From Azolla caroliniana (lineage: Eukaryota > Plantae > Polypodiophyta): a stretch of DNA of 64,000 nt. Under the pieces are notes generated by a model, which saw only the letters and a list, made by a program, of their open reading frames with translations, ran no database searches and was not told the origin of the DNA. Position numbers and translations under genes: made by a program. Positions 24,755-36,792 of this stretch are shown here, piece after piece. Every line of letters begins with the position of its first letter. Position 1 is the stretch's first letter. The stretch spans positions 7,936,001 to 8,000,000 of the forward strand of contig JBHGNT010000022.1 in assembly GCA_043228905.1 (NCBI GenBank), given 5' to 3'.

Positions 24755-25772
24755 TAGAACTAGTGTACGCCACAATTCATACTTCAAATTTAGTAAAACA
24801 ATGGATTAGTACTAGTGTAGCTCCAACGACTAATATGTGGAACCCTATTTATGTGGGTTAGTATAGGTAGTACTCTTAATATATAATTGGTATGGGTAGT
24901 TGAACGGATATTTTCCAAAATTAGTACTATTTGAGTAATTTGGGAACCAGGTGTGACATTGTTCGAGATTGGTACTAGTTATGTAATTTGAGCACAAGAT
25001 ATGTAGTACACTGTTAACGATTAGTACTAAACGTGTAATTTGGGAATTAGGAGTGTAGAACACATATCATGATTAGTACTAGTATGCAAAATACCACTTT
25101 AGTACTAAAGAAGGAAGTTGTTTAGATGTATTTGTTGGATAAGTTGTTCGTCCAATCTATATTACAACTTGCCTAGTACTAGTTTAGTACACACTATACT
25201 TGTAGTACACTGTTCACTATTAGTACTATTTCTTTAATTTGGGAATTAGTTGTGTAGTACATTGTTCATGATTAGTACTAGTTATGTAATTTGGGAACAA
25301 GGTGTATAGTAAATTGTTGACGACATAGTACTGTTTGTGTAATTTGGAAATGAGGTGTGTCAAACACATATCACGATTAGTATTACTTGGGTGCAAAATA
25401 CTACTTTTGTACTAAAGTAGGGAGTTGTTCACTTGGAGTACAATGTTCACTATTAGTACTATTTCTATAATTTGGGAATTAGTTGTGTAGTACATTGTTC
25501 ACGATTAGTACTAGTTATGTAATTTGGGAACAAAGTGTGTAATAAATTGTTGAAGATTAATATTGTTTGTGTAATTTTGGAATTAGGTGTGGAGAACACA
25601 TATCACGTTTAGTATTACTTGTGTGCAAAATACCACTTTAGTACTAAAGTAGGAAGCTATTTAGATGTATTTGTTGGATTAGATGTTAGTCCAATCTATA
25701 TTACAACGTGCCTAGTACTAGTGTTAGTACACACTATACTTGTAGTACATTGTTGACGATTAGTACTAGTTG
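24755..25772. repeat. AT-rich degenerate tandem array built on TAGTACTA palindromes
   Basis: Many (t)tagtacta and gtaatttgggaa motifs; higher-order blocks recur (e.g. ~25100-25210 and ~25640-25750). Confidence 0.85.
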
Positions 25773-25774
25773 CT

Positions 25775-28144
25775 TGGGACATGAATCAATGCTCATGTTG
25801 AAGGTCCAAAAGCGTTCATGGAATGAATCCACACTTGTGCATTGAATTTAGGATAATAGATTGAACCCACAGAGGGTACTCTTGGGGATTCCACAAAGAG
25901 CCTTTTGTGGAAAAAATCTACGAAACATGAATCAATCCCCCCACCCCACCCCCCGCTACTTGTTGATGAGTAGCAAAGAAGAGGTTGTTGGTGACTATTG
26001 CTACATCCATTGCGCCTCTATCACCAGTTGATGCTAACACATTTCTTGTTGCAGGTTATGTCGCCCCTCACATTTATACACACAAATGTATATGCACACT
26101 TCCATCTTTTGATAGATACGTATATACATATACATAAATGCATACACATCCATATATACATACTTGCACACACACACACAAGTACACAAACACTTACATT
26201 GCATTTACTCATACATGCCTTGCACATTATCATTTATATGAACATTTACATAGACACACATACACAAAAATACTCTCATATACTTATGCAATCTTAAACC
26301 CATACATTTACCAAAGCACCCCTAGACACTTGGATACATTATCAAAGTGTACCAAATACATTTTAAAGGAAGCTTTGAGTTACTGCAACTGATATTTATG
26401 AGGATCCCAAAGCCATAGTTTGAGTCAATCCCATGTTCCCTAGTAAAACCCTAGTAGTCATGGTCACATTACACACACACACACAAGTTAACTTCATGAC
26501 CTCATGGAATCCCCCTTTGTAGATTCTTTTCGAGAAATCTCTTCATGTAATAAATGGGTTGCAAAGAACTGGTGCTTGTGTGACAAATGGGCACTCTTGG
26601 ATTCGAAGCCGTTTTGGTCTTGTCTCACATGAAAGTCATGAATCGGCCTCCCACCCTTGGTCGTTCCAACATAGTTAGACAACCAATAACCAATATTGCG
26701 TTTAAAATAATTTATCAACAATGATATAGGAACTACTTATAGCCTCTATAATGATCGACAATAATAGAATAACTTGATTAAATACTTGTATACATTTGAC
26801 AACTCTTTTCTCCTCATTTCACTTTTCAATCTTAAGTAATTAACTCTATAAATATTAAGTAATGGTGAAGTAAGAACATATTCAATTAGAAATAGTGTAT
26901 TTAATTAAGTGTGCTAGTTAGTGTAAGGTAGAGAGTTACCTATTGACCATTGCATCATGTTTACTGTCTATTCGACTAGCCAAAGTTTAACAAATTACCT
27001 ACGTCATCCAACCTTTACACAATAAGATGTTTTATATTCCTAAACACTTCTTTTCCAACCATCCTTGTAGCTTAGGCTTTAGTTTCAGGAAGAGTAGCAA
27101 GAGGCTTACTACAACCAAGGGAACAAGGCCGTTCATGATAAACAACTTCCCAGGTTATTTTCCTTCATTATTATTTATAACTCATGTACTAGGCTTGATC
27201 ATTAAAAATGTTGGTTATTGGGGAATTTATAATCACTTATCCTAATGTGAATACATGAATTTATTTGGCAACATGGGAGATGATGGAACAATGAAAACAA
27301 AAGGAATATTAGAATCATCATAAAAAAGGAAAGAAATAAGAAATCATCAAAAAAAAAATCAAGTGTCATCATCGGGCTGAAGAATTAACGCTTGTCGTTC
27401 CAATGGATGGATTATTGACATTGATGAGTTGTAATTTTAAAACAATGAGTGATTAATGCAAAGCAAGAAATAGTTGGGAAGGACGAGTTGTTATTCTACT
27501 AATTCTCATAGGAGCCCCCTTGGCCTTCTCCAAATCCGGCGCCAATTTGATGGAATTAATTACAAAGCAACTATTACTATTACGTGGCTTCAAGAGCATT
27601 TACCAATCCTAGGCTAAACCTAGATTCAATACCACATTTAGGTTTCCAACACTTAATGCTCTTTTCTATTCTTACCTTCCCCCCCAAAGTTCTAACTTCT
27701 ACCTCACTTTCTTGTAAAATCCTAAATCACCTGCTTCCTAAAGTTCTAATGTTCTTACTCATCTTTCCTTCCTTTGTCACACTCACAAAGTATAATGCAT
27801 ACATGTTTTCTTAAACATTTTCCCACACCGATACTTGTCATTTGTGGATCCTTAATTACATGCAAATGTTATTTCTATACGCGCAATCAAGTTCTCATAT
27901 ACAAACATTTACAATTACCTCTATGCACAAATGTACATCAAAGCATGTATACCTCTATGCAATTTCCATATATACATTTTTACCCATACACTTTACATAA
28001 TAATTATAAAGGATTTAAACTCACAAGTATAATGAAGCACCCACACATCCCAAGATATGAATATATGATGAGCAAGGTTCACATGCTAAAAGCGAAAGAA
28101 AATCATAAAGTATTGTACATGCCCAAAAGCTAAATCAATGAATA
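25775..28144 (+). repeat. Non-coding duplicated segment upstream of the UGT, copy 1 (copy 2 at 62168-63745)
   Basis: Colinear high similarity from tgggacatgaatcaatgctc to gctaaatcaatgaata. Confidence 0.93.
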
Positions 28145-29241
28145 ATAATAAGATAATACATTCATACACACGAGGGGTAATAATTCAGAACATTATGTTG
28201 AGATAAAGGGGTATGTGCTGCAATATTCACATGGTTTCCATCCATGGATTATGTCCTCCACACATGTATTACTATATAAAGGCACATAGGTCCTCTCATT
28301 TAACATCTTATCCACAAACAATGTAAATTCCATTTCCTTCACTACTTTTTAAGCATTCCATACTGTGGAGAATGATAAACATTGACACCTTAGATTACGA
28401 TTTTTCACATACTCTTATTGGTCCCAAGTACCATAATTCTCATAAACATTGCCTCCACTTTCTCCCCAAAAAAATGTCTCCAAGAAGGGACAAAATAATA
28501 TATATGCTAATTCCTTGAGAAGACACAACTTGAGTGTAACCACAATGGTCGATTTCCATGCTATTTATACACATTGTTTTCAATGTATATATAATTCCAA
28601 TGAATTCGTAGTCATATTTATTGTGTTTAAAATTCATATTACTACTAAATTCAACGAAGTCACTCCTTTGTCCGGACTAATGTGGACAACTACGCCTCTA
28701 GTGTTAAGTTTATGGGGTTATTTGTTGTGCTTAATTTTTTCATGACTATTGAATTCAATGGAGTCAATTCTACGTCGGTCCTACATTGAACAACATATCA
28801 CACTTGACTACTATATACTCGAGAGTCGAATACTCATGCAGGCCAGTCTTAAAATAGATATTCATATCACCATATGGAAGAATGTGAAAACGGATACTCA
28901 AGTGTTAACCCCGAATCCCAATAGAAGCTATATCACCATGTATGATGTTACAATGTAGCTATATCACTCGATTCAATGCCCAAATTACTTTCCATCCCAA
29001 TCACCCCAAAGCATGTCTCATCGAAGCATCTCTCTCTGCTAATCATCCCACATACCAATTAGAATTAGAATTTGTATCGTCCATAAAGAGGCCAAATGGA
29101 GTGAATTCCCATGGGAAAATTTATGGCAGAAGTACACTCAATGAACTAGCCGAAGTGCGAAGAGGATGAAGGGTTCTCTAACAAATAAATACCCCATAAG
29201 TTGTGAGTGAGAACCATAATTTAACACCTTCAAAGAGAGCC

Positions 29242-29778
29242 ATGGTACTAGAGACGGTCACGCCGGCGCCCCCCCAGAAGCCGCACGTGCTACTTTTCCC
29301 GTTCCAAGAACAAGGCCACATTAATCCTCTCTTGGACATAGCCTTCCGGTTAAGCGCATCCGGCATATTGTCGACGTTCGTAATGCCTGCCCATTTGGAT
29401 ACCCACCATGGCGAATCGGCACCCGAGGAAAACCTCCGGTTTGCCGCCTTAGACCTCCCGCCCGAGACCACCCATAAGTTGTTGGCCTGCATCGGCTCAT
29501 GGAAGGCAACCTCTGAGATCTTGGCAACTCACTTCCTGGGTCCTCTCCGGAGCTTCATTCTCTCCTCCGCCAAGGCAAGTAGTGGCTACCATGACCTTCT
29601 TCCACCCCCCCCATTTCTTGCCTCATTTCAGACACTTTCATGCCATGGACGGTTGATCTGGCCAGTGATCTTGGCATCCCTCATGTGGAGATGTGGACAG
29701 GCTCTGCATCCACTTATGTGTTCGGCTCCTCCATACTACAACTCATCTCGATGGGCATCTTACCCTTCAAACAAGGTC

Positions 29779-29809
<31 letters not shown>

Positions 29810-30785
29810 TACATTTCATCCCATCTTCTATACATACATACTCAATTCTGATTCTTCTTCATCAGGGACACACGATTTCCCGCTGGACTTTGTGCCCGGC
29901 ATGTCAACATCTAGATTGGGCCATCTCCCTCTCCACATCCTCACAAACGAGGATCTCACCGACCCAACTGAACAAGCCGTATTTCGATCGTTTGCACACG
30001 GCCGACGCGATCCCAAACGGGTCCTCGTGAATTCATTCTACGAGGTCGAGGCCGGGGCCATCGAAGCCTTGAGAGCGAAGAATGTGAAAATCATGGCCAT
30101 CGGCCCAACTCTAGGTGTGAGTCTTTACAAGGACCTTGTGGATGAGACTCAACTCCAATGCTTGCGGTGGCTCGATTCTCGTGAAGAGAAATCGGTTGTG
30201 TATGTGGCATTTGGGTCGTTGGGATTCTTGTCCGCGGAGGAGATACAAGAGGTAGCGGCCACATTGGAGGCAGTCGGCCGGCCGTTCCTATGGGTGATTC
30301 ACCAAGGATCGGCTACTGAATCGCTCCCGGAGAATTTCCGCCCCGGTCTCCTTCCTATGGAGAAAGGCCTCATAGTATCGTGGGCACCTCAGAGGCAAGT
30401 GTTGGAACACCGATCAATTGGAGCTTTTGTGACCCATTGCGGGTGGAATTCCTCGTTAGAGAGCCTGTGGAATGGGGTTCCGATGGTCGGGTGCCCTCGT
30501 ACGGCGGAGCAAAACACGAACTTGTGGCTCATAGAACAATAGGGCGTTGGGTTGCCAGGTTTGGACACCATCATGGGTGGCATAGGAACCATATGGCACG
30601 CAACCCTCACACACGCATTGCAGCGAGTAATGGGAGAGATAGGGCTCGGCACCGAAGACTTAACTCCACTTAATTTGAGGAAGAAGGTGGCTCAGATGGC
30701 AATGGCTGCACATGCCACATTGACACCCTCGAGATCCTCTACCCTTACATTCCAAGAGTTTGTGAGTGAACTCATAGAATGCTAG
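29242..30785 (+). pseudogene. Family-1 UDP-glycosyltransferase (UGT), probably pseudogenised
   Basis: N-terminal PHVLLFPFQEQGHINP; PSPG box WAPQRQVLEHRSIGAFVTHCGWNSSLESLWNGVPMVGCPRTAEQ; GT-AG intron 29776-29865; frameshift at the C-run ~29605 and TAG at 30540 where Trp is expected. Confidence 0.93.
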
Positions 30786-32313
30786 ACAACCTCCTCATTT
30801 GTTTTAGCTTTGAATAAAAGTGTAATAGAAATGTTATGAAAGTGTATATCTCCAAGTTTGTTAGTGAGCTCATAAATCATAGTCTACCTCCTCTTTGCTT
30901 TTGTTAGTGTTCTGTACCCCTAAATAAAAGTGTGGGTGATAGGAATTGTATTTATCCATACCTTACCAGCAACGTGCTAAATGTTTCCTCAAAACGTATA
31001 GTATTGTGTGGTTCATTGGTTAGGTCACCCATGGAAATCCCCACATTCCGAACTCTTCTCTTATTACTCTACTATTCTCTCTCTCTCTCTCTCTCTCTCT
31101 TTAAGACGAGAAAACACTCAAGATGTAATCTCTTATTTGGTCTTATAGGCCATTTTGGCCTCTTAAAAGACGTTAATATATCTTTCTTTCTTTCTCTCCC
31201 TCTCTCTCTTTTCGGTGAAAACACACAATTATATTAATAAATGTGTGTAAAAAACACTACTTACAATGGGTGTGACCATGAATTATGGTCACCCACTAAC
31301 TACACTACACTACATGGGTAATGGAACATGTTGAATTGCCAGTAGGCAAGACGAACATTCCCTCGAGGAAAGGATTTCCACTTGCTCCAATAAAGAAAAT
31401 TGTCACATTAGTACTCTCTTCAACTTTCGTAGATATGCTTTCACTCCATGTCTACCATCGAATACAAGGCGTTGTGCACATTCCAATTATGACGCAATCC
31501 CCAATATCTCAAAAATAGAAAAACAATCTCCATCTCTGACTTTGGGTCCACCTATGTAAATTATGCAAACACCCATTGTCTAGGTGTCAAATAACACCGT
31601 GATAAAACTTGCCAAATTTGAGAAATGTAACTCCAAATTTGAGAAGCAATCAGGCATTGTATAAATCGATGAGTACTATCTTCCATTTGAATAGTGCAAA
31701 AAAAGCAATTACCTGTTGCTAGTCCACGACGCTTTAGAGCTAATCCCAAAGGCAATCCTCCAATCAAAACTCTCCAAATGAAGACCTTTGTTACAAGTGG
31801 CAATTAAGAATGCCAACTATGTTGTAAGATTTGCCACCACCCATAATTAGATTTGTGTAATCTCCATTTTTCTTCAGCCTTAGATGATAACCATCCAAGA
31901 GACTCAACAAAGCAATGATACAAAAGATTAGTAGTCTCTTGTAACAACGATATTTAACACGTTCGCGTTCACAAGTGGAAGGATCGCGCATAAATGGAAG
32001 GATAAGGGAAATTTTAGGGGTTTTTCAATGATTTTACAAAACACATTGATACCAGTATCATACAAGTTCAAACATACTATGAAAAAGGTTAAAAATCCAC
32101 TATTTTCGTGATTTAGAAGTAACTAAAAAAAGACGAATTTCAAAAACATACATTCTCAATTTATATCACAAACTTTACAACCAATGTTATTTTATAAGAA
32201 ACGATTTTTGGGAAATCATAAGAATTCAAAACACATGATTTTATATTACTCGATTTGTTACAAGCGGAATGTAGTTACACTTAATAGCCAAATATACATT
32301 CATGATCACTCCT

Positions 32314-35300
32314 TTACGGAGAATCACTACTATAACTAATATACAATGACGATTCCTCCTCATCATCCTCGGATGTACCAATCAGTGCATTATCTTCGTC
32401 ATAAACCAAATGGTTTGACTCTAGATTATATGTAGCAGATCTCGTTTGCCTTTGACTCGAGCCACCTTGTAGACCTGGTAATTTTTCTTTTATTATATCT
32501 ATTGTTGACTTCCTTAATCGTCCGGCTTTTGTAAGTGTGAAGTCGTACACGATGATATCCACATCAGAGATATCAAGGGTCGAGGTGTTACGAATGTTTC
32601 GCTTCCTCTTCCTACCTCCCCTTCTTGTTTGGCATTCAATCATCTCCAATGTATACTTACCTGTAAAAGCATTTGCACTTCTAGTGTTGTACCAATGAAC
32701 ATTTATAGACTTGATCGTGTTTTCTATTTCATGCATTAGCACTTCTAGAATTTTACCAACCCAAAATTGGTGGCCATGTGAGTTCTCATCAGCTGGCGTT
32801 GCAATCAACATCCCCGCGGTGAGCTCTTGCAAATTTCCTTGCCATCTAGCTTCGGCTGCTTTGGTCATCCTTGGTCCCACATAAATGTCTCTTTGTTGTG
32901 GATGAACCAAGCTGTCATTAATCGCATTTACTAGTCGCTCCGGACTTCTATTTACGCGATCATGTTGCAGCGACCATGTGAATGGCGTTTCCAAATTCCA
33001 ATTATCAACAGATACACAATTGTCTATAATTTCTTTCTGATCACTATAAAATACATCCCACCATGACGTGTCTTGTTGTGCGGCATATTTCTTGGCGGCC
33101 TCAATATGCTTTCTTTTTTCTTCTAAGGCTTGGAGCCATGACCGTTTTTGTTCTGATACCAAGTCGCTCAGCAACTGTCCTTTCTTCTCAATTGGCATTT
33201 GCTTAGCTCCATGGACAATTGTACTCAGCATACAAAGTAATAACTGGCAACCACCTTCAGGCTCCCATGTTGTAGAAGATGAATATTGTTTAGCATACAA
33301 AAGTGTAGAACCACTTATTCCATTTTTCTTTATCAAAAAAATGTGATTGAAACTTATATTGTTTAACTGAGCAAGCACTTTAACATTCCCACCACCCCCA
33401 TCTAATATATATCTCTTAAAGTCATATACCTCCTTCAAGTGTAACACTTTTGGGCGTGGTGTATATGCATCACAAATGACATCAAATAGTTTAGGTAAAG
33501 TGAAAGCATCATGCCGAGACAACTGTCTGGAGAATGTGCTAAACATCTGATCTATATGGTCATGTGTGTGGCCAACCAAAAGGAAATTGACTTTCACTTT
33601 CCTAAACAATTCTAGGTTGACCAACATACTTAGATAGCCAAATACAATTGAATTTTTGTTCTCTCTAGCAGTATTGTCCAATTGAATGTATAGAACAGGG
33701 GGGAAAGGTTGTCCCCAAGACATCAAAACTCGGTGAATCACTGTAACTGTTAGGTTAGGGTCATTGTGAACATTGGGGTAAGTAATGAAGACGTGAGGTC
33801 TTTAATTTTCCTTTGTGAATGTCCTTTTGTACCACTTAGGTAATACAAAACTGCTCTCTCCAATCAAGCCATTGAGGTAATCTGCTACTTCTTGGCCGTA
33901 GTCTTCTTCAAGCCACTCGTGATGATTGGCTTCGACCCTCCCCACCATCTTCACTCATCCTCACCACAAATATTTCTTCCTTTAGTCGACATCAGCCATC
34001 TCACCGATTAACCTGGTTCCAATGTCCATGCATATCCTGTATAATCAACAAAAACTTAGGTTAAAATTAAAGGCCAAGGAACGGGAACAGCTATTGGACA
34101 ACCAGGTGATAGTGAACAACTTTAGTACATGCGGAACCAAATGCAAACATGGAGTTTTTAGACTACTAGCCATGATTACCACCAACATATGTATTCACTT
34201 GGACCGCAGGAATTTGTTTATAGGTTGAATATGGGTATACTAAAGAGCTTCACTATATGTGGAATCACATTCAGCCAATGTTGGCTGCAACATGATGTTT
34301 TTTAGAGGCCATAACAAATGCCATCTTTATTTGGTCCCTTTTTTTACGATATATACTTATGGAGTGGAAACTATTATGTACAATTTGTAGATTGCCTTTG
34401 GCATTGTTAATTTTAATACCAATGGAGCATATTTTTTATGGAAATGAAGACGTGAGGTCGAACAAACCTATTATAAGCCAAGCATCCCACCAAGTGCATT
34501 TGAACAAGGCACTCATCATTGACATCTTTGGGGAGCCTCCGCATATGCGGCAAGCATGTCTTCTTCTGGTCCATGCCATCTATCATTAAGCACATGTATT
34601 GTTCAGGCCTCTTCAAACACTTCTCTCTATGATGCATCGCCTTCCTTCGTTCTAAGGATTGTGCCTCACGATGCTCTTGTAGTAACTTCTTACTCGTATC
34701 CTTTTCCATTGATGTCTTTGCACCTTTAGCCAAACTTTTAAGATTTGCACAAATGGAGCAATACCCCATACGTACTTTATGAGGAATAATAACATTTGAA
34801 AACCGAGCTCTCCATAATCTTGTGAATTGGCTATAGGTGATAGACTTATTACGTGAGCCCAGCATTTCAGATCGATAGACATCATAAACTTCTTGACGGG
34901 TATAATTATCAGAAAGATGCATCCTACCTGTAGTGGGCATTACTTCACAATTTAACTGAAAGTAAGTTTTCATCCAGCCAATAGCTAGTCTTCCAATTGC
35001 ACCTTTCATACTTGGAACCTCTTTACAATTGAGCATCTGATCCCCGCTAAGTAGACGTTGTTGTACTCTATGTAGCCGCATGTTACTAACACATAACGCA
35101 ATTTTGAATGCAACTCTACATATCTGTTGCGCATGGAAGATATAATACTCGAATGATACTTTGATCCCCGTACATTTGTCAGATACTAGTTGCATATGTG
35201 ATCCGAGGTAAGTGTCTTGCTCATCACCGGTCATCGAAAAATAGTATCGCCTTAATTCTCGCAACTTTGATTTTCCAATCATAGACATACACCCACGGGC

Positions 35301-35753
35301 ACAACATATTTTGTTGACATCAAATCCAATCTGTTTATCTGATGTCACCAAGCTAAATCTAGCCAGACGAATTCTTCGTGGGATTCTTCTAATATGCATA
35401 GGGCTCCTAGATTTCTCTTCCTGCATAGAGGTTGGTGTAACCTTGTTACACTCTAATTCTCTGTTGTGACCATCGCCAATGTTATTCAATGTTTCCTGGG
35501 CACTTCCTTCATTCTCGGTATCTTTATTAATATCGTATTCTTCAATAGAGAACTCTTCACATGTGTCATTATTTACATTCCCTGTAGATGAGCTCAGACA
35601 ATATTCTTCGATAGAATATGGTGAGTCGGTCGACAAACAATATTCTTCAATCGAATATGGTGACTCTGTTGACAAACAATACTCTTCAGTAGAAAACGAT
35701 GGGTCTGATGACAAACAATATTCTTCAATCGAGAACGGTGAATCTTCACTCAT
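32314..35753 (-). pseudogene. Sola-like DDD transposase (~926 aa once the 33801-34459 insertion plus TSD is removed)
   Basis: Motifs MIDGMDQ, IQLDNTARENKN, FLLVGHTHDHIDQMFS; upstream C/H clusters (CCARGC, CRVAF, CSIC...H); the two ORFs rejoin as VRPHVFI|TYPNVHNDPNLTVTVIHRVL. Confidence 0.85.
33801..34442 (-). mobile_element. 642-bp insertion with a 17-bp target duplication (retroposed-type) disrupting the transposase
   Basis: aatgaagacgtgaggtc at 33784-33800 and 34443-34459; T-rich left edge; source not recognised. Confidence 0.8.
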
Positions 35754-36044
35754 GGCTTAAGGTCTAGATAGGGCTCTCTAAGTTATACTCCTCCCTAAAC
35801 ATAAACTTCTCTCTAAACAAAAGCCAAATCAATAGAATGTCTATATTATGTAATATTCTATTAATACAATACATCTAAAAATTATTTTTAATAAAGTAAT
35901 TGTACTTAAATTATCAATCATTATATAAACTAGATCTAAATGATGTTAAATCAAGTAAAACATAAAACTAATCATTAACAAGCCATGAATATGTTGGATT
36001 AATGTTAAAATCATTGGCTAATTAATGGCACCCATTTTGATATA

Positions 36045-36478
36045 GAACGTCTCACACATTGGTTCTTTAATGCTCACCATTTTAAATATTAGACTTATCA
36101 ATCATTGGTTAATTTATGCCCACATCTTTAATACATAACATTTGAGAGTCATAAAAATTGTTGCTTTTAGTAATCAATCATTGGTACATTCATGAACCTC
36201 TATCATTGTCTCCTTCATAACCTTTGAAGTCATTGTAGGTTGTTATGACTATAAATGATTGAACGTCTCACACATTGGTTCTTTAATGCTCACCATTTTA
36301 AATATTAGACTTATCAATCATTGGTTAATTTATGCCCACATCTTTAATACATAACATTTGAGAGTCATAAAAATTGTTGCTTTTAGTAATCAATCATTGG
36401 TACATTCATGAACCTCTATCATTGTCTCCTTCATAACCTTTGAAGTCATTGTAGGTTGTTATGACTATAAATGATTGA
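36045..36478. repeat. 216-bp tandem duplication in the intergenic region of the transposon
   Basis: gaacgtctcacacattgg...ataaatgatt starts at 36045 and 36261; copies look identical. Confidence 0.95.
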
Positions 36479-36620
36479 TCAATATGTTAGTTTGACTTTG
36501 TAATCATTAATACAATCATAAGTTACTCTAGTTAATGTGACTATGGTTACCAACTAATTATCCTAAAAGTTACCAACCTTGGTTAAGGTGACTATGGTTA
36601 CTTTAACCAATGTGTTCAAT

Positions 36621-36633
36621 CCCTATAAATAGG
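36621..36633 (+). promoter_or_regulatory. TATA box of the cargo gene
   Basis: ccctataaatagg ~160 bp upstream of ATG 36793. Confidence 0.6.
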
Positions 36634-36792
36634 AAGACCTCGTCATATTTCACTCACCAGAGCGTACAGAGCGTACAGAGCACACAGAACGTAGAGAGCA
36701 CACAGAGCACACAAAGCACTCAGAGCACACAAAGCACTCAGAGCACAAAGCACGAAAGCGCGATCTCCGCCTCCACTTCAACACGATCAACC

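Noticed and set aside
25998-26392. His/Thr-rich ORFs (also 62354-62707)
   Set aside because: CA/TA low-complexity sequence; frames not conserved between the duplicate copies
32314-33741. HUH endonuclease reading of the GHTH motif
   Set aside because: TIRs, a 4-bp TSD and the DGMD/DN/HDHID acidic triad fit a DDD transposase
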